Assembly (NCBI RefSeq): GCF_018977255.1
Contig: NW_024704743.1
Location: 1,178,001 to 1,242,000 of the forward strand
DNA from: Callorhinchus milii
Lineage: Eukaryota
DNA: 64,000 nt
Direction of reading: 5' to 3'
Shown here in pieces: positions 1-13,177 of this stretch (its first letter is position 1; each line of letters starts with the position of its first letter). The position numbers and the translations under genes were made by a program. Below the pieces are notes generated by a model that had not been told where the DNA came from, searched no databases, and saw nothing but the letters and a program-made list of their open reading frames with translations.

Positions 1-179
1 GTGAGTGTGTGAGTGCTGTTGGTGTGTGTGTGTGTGTGTGTGTGAGATGTGCTGTCGGTGCCCTGAGGCGCGGTCCCGGTACCGTCTCTCTCTCTCTCTG
101 TGTTTCTGCTCTGTCGTCGCCTTTAAATATTTAAAAAAAAACCGTCAAAACCGTTCGCTGCTCACGCGCAGGACAGCCA

Positions 180-578
180 GAGGCGGGAGGGGGGCGGGGC
201 GGAGGGAACCCGCCCAATCGGGCGTGAAACCCGCCTACTCGGGCGTTAATAACATGAAAAAAAACCGCCCGTTTCGTTTCCGGCGTCAAAGCCCCGCCCA
301 ATCCGGCAACCTGCGCGGTGACGTCAGCGCCGGCGGCGGCGGCGGGTGGGCGGGGCGGGCTGTTGCGCGGGCGGGTGGGCGGGGCGGGGCGGGGCGGGCT
401 GTTGCGCCACGCGCACGTGACTGTGGGCGGGCACTGGTGACGTCTGAGAGTCGGCGCGCGGGCGGGCCGGCCTGGGCGTGACGTCAGCGTGGGCTGGTCT
501 GGTCCGTGCGGCTGCGCTCAGTCATCGACCGACACCGACACCGACAGCAGCGGCGCCTCAATCCTCCCGGCGGAGCGG
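180..578 (+). promoter_or_regulatory. HIGD1A: CpG-island promoter and probable non-coding exon 1 of HIGD1A
   Basis: CpG/GC-box rich. Perfect CREs TGACGTCA at 319-326 and 479-486, CACGTG (E-box/HRE core) at 414-419, splice donor CGG|GTGAGT after 578. The first coding exon has an acceptor only 5 nt before its ATG, so an upstream exon is required. Confidence 0.7.
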
Positions 579-599
579 GTGAGTGACACACACATCGAC

Positions 600-743
600 A
601 CAGACAGACAGACAGACAGACAGACAGAGAGACACACAGAGAGAGAGAGAGAGAGAGACACAGAGAGAGACAGACAGAGAGAGAGAGATAGTGACAGAGA
701 GAGACAGACAGACAGACAGAGAGAGAGATAGTGACAGACAGAG

Positions 744-790
<47 letters not shown>

Positions 791-822
791 GAGAGAGAGA
801 GACAGACAGACAGAGAGATAGT

Positions 823-856
<34 letters not shown>

Positions 857-926
857 GACAGACAGAGAGATAGTGACAGACAGACAGAGAGAGAGACAGA
901 GTGAGAGAGACAGACAGAGAGATAGT

Positions 927-960
<34 letters not shown>

Positions 961-1072
961 GACAGACAGAGAGAGAGATAGTGACAGACAGACAGAGAGA
1001 GAGAGACAGAGAGAGAGAGACAGAGAGAGAGAGAGACAGAGAGAGAGACAGACAGACAGACAGAGAGATAGT

Positions 1073-1106
<34 letters not shown>

Positions 1107-1128
1107 GACAGACAGACAGAGAGATAGT

Positions 1129-1162
<34 letters not shown>

Positions 1163-1237
1163 GACAGATAGACAGAGAGATAGTGACACAGACAGAGAGA
1201 GAGAGACAGATAGACAGAGAGATAGTGACAGACAGAC

Positions 1238-1270
<33 letters not shown>

Positions 1271-1283
1271 GACAGAGAGAGAC
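600..1283. repeat. Compound (GACA)n/(GA)n microsatellite with recurring GAGATAGTGACAGACAGAC unit
   Basis: Directly visible. It explains the low-complexity ORFs 489..1649. Confidence 0.95.
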
Positions 1284-4015
1284 ACGATGGTGTTTGAGTG
1301 TGAGGAGGGTGACCCAGTGCCTGTGTGTGTGTGTGTGTGTGTGTCTGACCTCAGCTGCTGTGTGTCCCTTAAAGGTGAGGTCACCCCTCCCAGAGCCCCC
1401 CCCACCCCCCCCCCACCCCACCCCCCCCACACACACACACACCCGGGGGTTTAGGTTCAGGCCCTTCTCTCTGTCAGGGTGACCGTCAGCCTCAATATCA
1501 CCCCCACCTCTTGAGTCTGAAGGTTGTGGGTTCAAGACCCCCCCCCCACCCCCACCCCTCCCCCCCCCCCCCCCTCCCCTCGGCATAGGGCGGAGGGGGT
1601 CCTGTTGAGATGACACGGTCTTAAGCGAAGTCTGGACTTTTGAGTTCACGCGATCCTAAGGGAAACTTCTGAGTTTAATTGAGCGCCTCATCGTGTGTGG
1701 TCGAGGCGTCTCAAAGCGGGGGAGCAGTGCTCCCTACGGTTAGACCCCCAGCAGTTACCCCAACGCCACCCTCCGGGCTCCCCCGCCCACCCTCCCACCC
1801 CCGAGCCTTGGCTCTCGCCAAGCTGCGCCCGGTCATTTTGAGATGCCCTCCCGGCGTGACGGGCGCGGGCCATCACACCCGAGGATCGTTGTGGCGATGG
1901 GTTGGAACGGCTTCCTTCGTTGGTGGTAAATTTCTACGGGTCACCTGCAAAGAGACAGTCACCGCCTTTTGTAGGAAAGATATTTTGACGGGAAAAGGCG
2001 CTGTATCAAATGTCAGGATTATTATTATTAACATCTCCTGTTCTAGCCCTCCCCCCCCCCTCCTCCTTCCTGGTGACTAACCCCATTTCCTCCTGTCGAT
2101 TGCACCTGTAAAGAAATATTGCTTCCTCTATCTACTCTGTCCTCCATTTGCCGTTCACCTCCTAAACCCACAATCCTTTTGATGAGTTGTTTCACTGTTG
2201 AAAGTATCGCGTTCTGAGTTCACTCCATGATGATTCTTGTATGTAATATACTGCCTTATTACATGAGCGAAGGCCCAAAGCCCTTCACAGGGTTTTAATG
2301 TGGTGTTTCTGTAGGTAGACCCGGATGCCATGAAATGAATGGCCAATTTTATTTGGGGGATGGTTTGGCCAAAGCCTAGTTGGAGGAACTCCCTTCTCCT
2401 TTTGAATAGTGTCACGGGATCTTTAATGTCCACCTGAACACGTAGATGGGACCTCCGATGTTAATGTCCGATCTGAAATCTAAGGTCCGCCTCCTCCCAA
2501 CTCCGCAGCCTTGGATCTTTTCTTAAAATCTTGCCCCTCGAGTAAATTCCCCCTTCGTAAACACCTCGTCACGTATTTCCTGCTGTACTGAGTTGAATGT
2601 GTCTGGAAGATTTGCGGTCTGTTCTTGCGTACATCTTTGGTTAGCGTAGATTTAACTTCGAACGTGCGAATGTTGAGTGAAACAGGAAGGAAACCCGATT
2701 AAATAAATGCCCGTCGATTCATTGCCAGTCAGTGGGTATGTTGCAACAAGTCAGTAAGTGCCTCCAGATAAATTGCTCAAGTCTATCAGCTGTTTGTAAG
2801 ACATTGCTGTGCATAGATTGACTCCTGCATTTGCCTATACACACCCCCCACACACACACGCGCCACACACCACACACACATGACGCACAGTTGTTAGTTT
2901 AACTGCATTGCTGTGCGCAATTGGCTGCCGCGTTCGCCCACAAATATACAGTCAATTCACTTTACAGTGTGTTCTGTGAAGCGCTTTGGGACGTCCTCCC
3001 GACGTGAAAAGCGCTATATCAAATGCAAGGATTATTATTATTATTATTATTATTAACCGCAATTCCCTGTGACTCTCTTTGAGGCCGTTTGACATTGTCA
3101 CGATACCAAACGCAAGGATTATTATTCTTTAATGATTTTGTCAGTGAATTCGCAGTCTGCATTTGCAGAGCAGCAAAAGGGCGGGTAGTGGAGTGGGGTG
3201 TAAGCAGAGAATAGGGATTACATTTAAACGTTAGAGCGTTAATTCATTTATAAGCAATTATGAGGTTCTTGAAATCAATCGGGACTTTGTAGTTCTGTGG
3301 CGTAACCTATCCCCGATGACTCGACTATTAATTACAACACGTAAATTCCCCCACAAATGACTCAGTTTGTGTTCCTTGTTCCTTATTCCAGTATTACGCA
3401 ATGAGATATTCCTGTAAACCGAACCCAGGTGCTCAAGCAACTCGTCACACATACCTCAGGGCAGTGCAGGGATCCAACTTTGCAAAGTGATTGACGAGGA
3501 GACGGTTTCACTCCCGTGATATGTGACTCACTCGTATACAAATCGGTTCAGGCCGCTGGCACCTCCCTACTTTTACGATCTGCTTTCTCCCTACTCCTTC
3601 GTCTCCTCCCCTCCATCACCAGCGGCCATACTTTCAGCGACTATACCCCAAAGCTTGGGCACTCAATCCCTCCGCCTTGCCCCCTCCTTCCGCTTTTATT
3701 TCCAGATCAAGCCCGAAGATATTCTACTTTGAGCGTGTTTACAGTCACTTCCTACCATCCCCACCTCCCCCCCCCCACCCCCAAACCGGCTCGGTGTTAG
3801 GCTCTGTTACTGTTAAGCACCCCAAGACTCTGCCACACGTCTAGGGCGCTGTTTAAGACCACCCGCCAAAAAACACAGTCACCTCACTTCATAGTGTAGC
3901 CTGTGACATCCTCCCGATGTAAAAGTCTCTGTACTAAATGTATATATTGTTAAAACTGTTAAGATCACTCGTGTTCACTGTTCAAATTCACTTCATTTCA
4001 ATGTTCACAGCAATC

Positions 4016-6764
<2,749 letters not shown>

Positions 6765-9702
6765 AGTTGGATTCTGCACTGTTGAGATTGGTATTAGGGA
6801 TGCCATATATATTGGGGTGTTAGGGAATTTTTGTTTCCTTTCACCTTTATTTATATAAATGCTCTTCAGATATTTAAAACTTTTATTTTAGTTGCAGTTG
6901 TGTGTTTCGGACGTAAACTAGTACCTCACTTTGTGAGCTCCTCGGTATTGAGAGAATCTGTCTGTTCAAACTACATTTCACAGAGTACATTTTTTTTTCG
7001 TTCCATTTGGAATCAATCACGACCAAACTCGTTTATAAGGGGGTGGGAGGGGGGGGAATCAACCGTTTCACGGGCGGCCCTCAATAGCGTGTCACAATCC
7101 TGGATGCAGCTAATTGCACCCAAAAAGGTTTTTTGGGTGGGCTGCAAACTAGATAAACTACAGTGAAACACCCAAATTAAAATTAATGTCCCTCATCGGG
7201 GTGCTTTGTAGCAGTAACCGCCACGCTCCTCGCATCAAATTATTTAGCAAAGCTTTCTGGTGTCCTGACCGACAATTCCCCCCCGGCCAAAAATCGGTCA
7301 TTGGCCGTTCGTGAGATGTTGCTGTGAGCAAACTGGCTACCAAGTTCACTCACAAAATCCCTCGTCAATGCACTTTACAGTAAATCCTGTGAAGCTCTTT
7401 GAGACCCTTCCACGACTATATCAAATGCGAGGACTTTGATTGTGAATCGTTGCTCATGAGGATCCTATTTTAATTGATATTTTGGAAATGTTACTGACTC
7501 AGCTTTACTGATCTTGGTTGTTATAAGCCTCTCATGTCAGTCGGGTGGTGGGGGGTGGGGGGGGGATGTTTGGAGGGCAAAGTGACCATCTTGCATTCAA
7601 TGTTGGCTCGCTTGTGTTTGGCCAGACAACCAGTCAGCTTCACGTTATTTAGACATTGTTTATTTCAGCAATCATCCATTCCTGATCATGCGCAGATTGT
7701 GCTCCTAAAGCCCACTCAAGCTTTACATTCCCTTTCCTTCAAAGATTAGACGTACAGTAAATTAATGCTGCTTAAGTGTTTTTAAAAAAAAGTGTTAATG
7801 TGGCTAGTAAATGTGTTGAAGCTATGGGCGAACATATATAGAGGTGGAGCAGGGATTAGAGTTGATAACACCAGCACAGCACAGGCCATTGGGTAATCAT
7901 GATGACTTTTGTACCTGCAACCCTAACCTCTGATACTAAAGGAAAAGGGAGTCACGCATCCAACCAGTCAGCTGTAAAGCACTGCTTCTGATGAACAATT
8001 TATACCTGTGTTAGCGGAGAAACTGGAGGCCTGTGGTTTAAATTGGAAAGTGTCGCAGGTAAAGGCTGACGTGAGAAGATCATGAGAGGTTGGTTTGAAG
8101 AAGGCCCTTTGGCCCATTTGATCTCATCCTTGCTGAATACCCACTCTGCCATTCTTCAATGATAGCAAGAAGCTGGATTATTAAATACAACAGCAGACCC
8201 CCAAAAAACAGCCTCAGTCATTAAGAATTATTTCCTGAAATCGCCTTTTGCAATCTTAAACCTGTCCCACAACGGTTTATGTTCTGCGAGAGGGGAGGAG
8301 GGATATTTTCTCAGAGTCAGATAATGAATATTCTGCATCTTTTCCCCAATTAACAGGTAGTTAATTGGGGAAAAGATGCAGAATTGTTCAGGGCATTATT
8401 GTTCAGGACGTTTTTGCGCTGGTGCTTTTAGATTGGGAGGTGGGCGGGAGGGAGAATCCTGTCTGGTAGGGTGTGTGTGGTCTGGAACATCATAATGATC
8501 TTCTCACATTTTATACTTTGGGAGTCGGACAGCACTTCCGTTCACCCGCTGAGGACTTCATTAGGTGCTTGATGTGGAACCCAATGTTTTTTGTGTCGTG
8601 TCATTTTAAGGAAATTGAAAATTCTGTCTTTTGGAACATGTCTTTTCCAGCAAGGAAAGAGCATCCAAGGTCTGACCACGTGTGAAGTCTTAACATGTTC
8701 TTGTACTCACCGGGCAATGTGAGCGCTCGGAACGAATTTTTAAATGCCGAAGATTTTAAAAGAATTCCCTTGAGCAAACTTATAAGCAAAAGGGCCATTA
8801 CAACATGTACGACCTGTGCAATGGAATACAATCTTAGGTGGGGTTATTTTTGCTACAGTCATATCCTGGATTATTCTTTTAATGCCCATTAATTATTATG
8901 AAGGAGTACGGCAAAACGTATCGGGATTAAAAGATCCGAGCAACTAATAAACTGGTAGAACAGGCTCCGGTTCAGGCTTTCCTTGTTCCTATGTATTTGT
9001 GCAAAGTCATTGGGGATTATTTTGATACGGAACTATAGATTCTGCCCCCTGGCTGCAGTTTTGAATTCGAGAGCAATAATTTTAGGTGCAACTAGTCCAA
9101 AGTCTAACTATTGTGGGACATTGATCTATGCAAATTAGCTGTCACATTTGACTAGCAATACGCAGTGATTCCCTTTACTGTGAATCCTTGAAAGTGCTTT
9201 GAGACGGTTCGACAATGCGATAAAGCGCGAGATTAAACGCAACATTATTCGCAAGGTCGAGAGTGGGCGGATAGGTCACTCATTCACAGCCTTCCCAAAG
9301 GATATCGGTACCAGATAGAACCAGATTAAAGCCCTCCTGTATTTAAGTTGTTTCCACCTTCCACCCTTTGAAAGAGAGGTTTATTTAAACAATAATCATA
9401 AGATGGTTGTGGCCTGAAACGCCAATGATCATCTTATACTTTACAAAATCCAATTGAAATAATCTTTTAATAGGTTAGTGAGAGAGACCTTTGTTGACCA
9501 GCTATACTAGTAAATAATAGGGATCCGGGAAAATGGAATGAAACTATCACAGTTGATATCACAGGTAATTGTTACAGGTGATAATTATCATGCCACACAT
9601 ATTTCTCTTCCGTTATCACTTTGCTTGAACAGATTATATTTTTGTGCAATATCTGTCGCCATGTTTTACGAGTTGCTGTAAATTCTGTCTTGCTGTACAG
9701 CT

Positions 9703-9708
9703 AATAAA
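9703..9708 (+). terminator. Probable HIGD1A polyadenylation signal (3' UTR ~2.9 kb)
   Basis: AATAAA followed by a GT/T-rich tract (tgttatggtatgtctttatttgtgtct). Confidence 0.55.
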
Positions 9709-11513
9709 GGTGATATTTACTGTTATGGTATGTCTTTATTTGTGTCTATGTCCAGCTCAGTGGTAACTGGCGTCTTCCAGGTTTCAAGGAAGCGCTCAGG
9801 TTCGTCACGCTTGTCCAAACCTCTGTGAGAATTTGGGCTCGCGCTCGAGGGCATGTCTGCAACTCCCAAAGATTCACTAGGAGGTTAATCATACCTTGGG
9901 TTGCTTTGCTGGATGTTGTCAGCATCGAACCAGAGATATTGCTGCTTCCCTTCCCTTCCCAAGGAAAATACAATGACATCTAGCGTCCCATTTTATTAAG
10001 ATCCTGGATGAAAGGTTGAGTGGACCAAGCTGGCATTTCCTTCATCCAGCACCTCGGGACGTCCTCCCGACGTGAAAGGCGCTATACAAATATAATGCTG
10101 TATTGCATCCAGAAGTCTAATGCTCAACTAGACCGAGCTGGCCACTGTGTGTGATGTGTGAAAAGAGAAGGCTTATAATACTAAAGATTGTAAGAGAGGA
10201 ATTTCTCTTATTGACAGTTGCTCCATGTTGTGTTTGATGTATTGACATGGTTGTGTTTCTTTTTCTCTCTCTCTCTCCAGTCGGATCCGCTGAGAACTTA
10301 TCCCATTCAAAAAGGTCCCCGGAGAAGCTTCACGGTGACGGCTAAGTTTATCTTCCAACTTCCTAAAGATTGTCTGGGTCGTGAGATAATTTACCGTCAA
10401 TCCTACAGATAGTCTCGGGGACTTGAGAGTCATTTACTTACGGAGTTGAACGCGTGCTCCACATCAGGAATGTCATCCCCCCCCCTCTCTATAAAATCAA
10501 GCGACCCTTTTTTTTATGAACGGGACAATTCCTTTTGTAGTAATAGTATATATAACGACTGAATCAAAAATATAACCACTTCAATAAAATGTCATAAATA
10601 ATATGCGCCAATAACAGCCCTCAGCAATACGTCATATAAATCATATAACTATATATTTCAACAATAGTAAAATAAGTCAGTAATCTGTAAATAATATAAC
10701 GATTTCGATCTGAGCTAAGCCTGATTCTATCTGCAGCCGCTATCCACACGTTTGCATTTCAGCAAGGACCCCTGCTTAGCCGTTACGCCCACCACCTCAT
10801 ACTTTTTTTGTGGGTGGGGGGGTGGTGGGGGTCTCAGTCGGGTGTCTTAGACGCGCGGAAACCTGTCACCTGTGTTTACGAGTATCCAAACCAAACAGAG
10901 ATTTCCGTGCATCCCACCTACAGGGTATTCACAGAGTCCTCTTACCCTTTGTCGCAAGACAGCGATGCGAGACTGGTCACGAAAACGACGGCGCTCACGT
11001 TCCTCTTCCAGACGTCGCTCAATACCGTTGAACGTACTGAGTGCAACGCGGTAACTTCTACACACAACGATCAATCGTTCTTCCGCACGTGTCGGTTGTT
11101 GGTCAAGTGCGCTGTGTTTTAAGAAGAACAAACACACACATTGGTGGGGAGGGGGGGGTAACAGGACTTTGTGGACACGGGGAGTGTAATACTGTATAAA
11201 TAATATGCAATTGGCTGCATTGGCCAAGTTTCCTGACTCCGCGCGCCTGGGGCGGTCAATAGGAACTCGATTGGGGGGGGGGGGGGGGGGGTGGGAATCG
11301 CTTTTTTTTCCCCCCCAATAATAACAATAATAATAGTAATAATTTGGTCGCTTCAAAATCCGCGACTCTTGGCGGGGACCTCGCTGGGCGTCCTTTGGCC
11401 CACCAAAAAACGCACAGTCACTACGCTACGCTCGACAAGCGGGTCCGGTGAAGCGCTTTGAGACGTCCCGACGAAGGGGGGAACGAGGCGCCGGGTCGAA
11501 GGCCAGGAATATT

Positions 11514-11596
11514 TTGATTGATTGACTGATTGATTCATTGATTGATTCATTGATTGATTCATTGATTGATTCATTGATTGATTCATTGATTGATTA
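11514..11596. repeat. (TGAT)n/(TTCATTGATTGA)n microsatellite at a SINE tail
   Basis: Directly visible. Confidence 0.9.
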
Positions 11597-11749
11597 TTAT
11601 TTCTAGTTATTCAAGTATCAGAGGAGAGGAGAGGCCGGGAATTGAGGTCCTCGGTCACTGTTGGTCCCCCACTCCATCCCTCTCCCCCCCCCACACCCCC
11701 TTCTCTCTCTCTCTCTCTCCCCCTCTCCCTCTGCCTCTTTCTGTCTCTC

Positions 11750-12230
11750 CACCACTGTTGGGCGTGAAAACCGCCCGTTTGGGCGCGAACCCCGCCCACT
11801 CGGGGGCGGGAAACCCGCGAACCCCGCCCAAATCTCCCGGCTGAGTGGGCGGGGCCCGGTCTCCCTCGGTTACCGTTGCCAGGAGACGCCGCGTCGCAGC
11901 TCAGCCATCGGAAGGGGGTGGGTGCGGGTTTCACGCCCAAGTGGGCGGTGTTCACGCCCAAAGCGGGGCCCTTTCCGCGCCCAAAATGGGCGGTTTTCAC
12001 GCCCGATTGGGCGGGTTTCGCTTCGAACGGGAAAAAAAACTTTTTTTTCCTTAATTTGTTGTTATTATTATTAAAAAATATATGTACCATAACGTCCCCT
12101 GACACGGGTTGGCCTCTCGCTGACCTTCCCTCACGTCGGAGGGGGTGGGGGGGGATGGGGGTCTCCGGCTCGTTACAGGCGGCGGCGGCGCTACTTTTGG
12201 GCTCGTGTTTGGGCTACAAACCGCGCGACC
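11750..12230 (+). promoter_or_regulatory. CpG-island promoter of CCDC13 with RFX X-box-like motifs
   Basis: CpG rich. GTTGCCAGGAGAC at 11875-11887 (reverse complement GTCTCC-T-GGCAAC) and GTCTCC-CTC-GGTTAC at 11859-11873, plus GC boxes and CCAAT. Lies ~1 kb upstream of the CCDC13 ATG. Confidence 0.65.
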
Positions 12231-12279
12231 CACACACACACACACACACAGGCACAGAGAGGCTTCTGGAAGCTGTTGA

Positions 12280-12872
12280 GGGGGAGAGAGAGGGAGAGGG
12301 AGGGAGAGACAGAGGGAGAGGGAGAGGGGAGGGAGAGACAGAGGGAGAGGGGAGGGAGGGAGAGATAGAGGGATAGAGAGAGGGCGTGAGAGGGAGAGAG
12401 ACAGAGGGAGAGAGAGAGAGGGAGAGATAGAGGGAGAGAGATAGAGGGATAGAGAGAGGGGAGAGGGAGAGAGACAGAGGGAGGGAGGGAGGGAGAGAGA
12501 GAGATAGAGGGAGAGACAGAGGGAGGGAGGGGAGAGGGAGAGATAGAGGGAGAGAGGGAGAGATAGAGGGAGAGGGAGAGAGATAGAGGGAGAGATATAG
12601 ACAGAAGGAGGGAGAGAGACAGAGGGAGAGAGACAGAGGGAGAGATAGAGAGAGAGAGATAGAGGGAGAGACAGAGGGAGGGAGGGAGAGAGAGAGATAG
12701 AGGGAGAGACAGAGGAAGGGAGGGAGGGAGCGAGGGAGGGAGGGAGTGAGGGAGGGAGCGAGGGAGTGAGGGAGCGAGGGAGTGAGGGAGCGAGGGAGTG
12801 AGGGAGCGAGCGAGGGAGGGAGGGAGGGAGGGAGCGAGGGAGGGAGGGAGCGAGGGAGGGAGGGAGGGAGGA
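12280..12872. repeat. Polypurine (GA/GGGA)n low-complexity tract
   Basis: Directly visible. Source of spurious ORFs 12051..13129. Confidence 0.95.
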
Positions 12873-12890
12873 AGCGAGGCGGGGGTCCAG

Positions 12891-13177
12891 ATGGAGGGGG
12901 ACCAGCAGGTGACGGAGGACCTGAAGCTGCAGTTCCAGGCGCTGCAGCAGCAGCAGCGGAAGAGGATGGAGGCGATGGCGGCCAAGAAGAAGGAGAAGGA
13001 GAAGGAGGAGCAGCAGCAACAACAACAACAACAACAACAGCAGCAGCAGCAGCAGCAGATGATGGAGAGCCAGAGCCATGGCCATGGCCAGGAGGGACCG
13101 TCCCTCAGCCTCGCAGTCAGCGATGACATGGACCTGCAGCTGACGTCCCCGCGGACCGTGCCCCGGGCGGGCAGCAG
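12891..13177 (+). CDS. CCDC13: CCDC13 coding exon 1 (contains Q16)
   Basis: ATG at 12891 [28 protein letters not shown]...; donor AG|gtaac, phase 2. Confidence 0.85.

Noticed and set aside
489..1649. Long ORFs up to 363 aa (LSVSLS.../RERQTD...)
   Set aside because: Translations of the GACA/GA microsatellite in HIGD1A intron 1
12051..13129. Minus-strand ORFs of 344 and 312 aa with polyL/polyC
   Set aside because: Antisense reading of the GA tract and the CCDC13 polyQ exon
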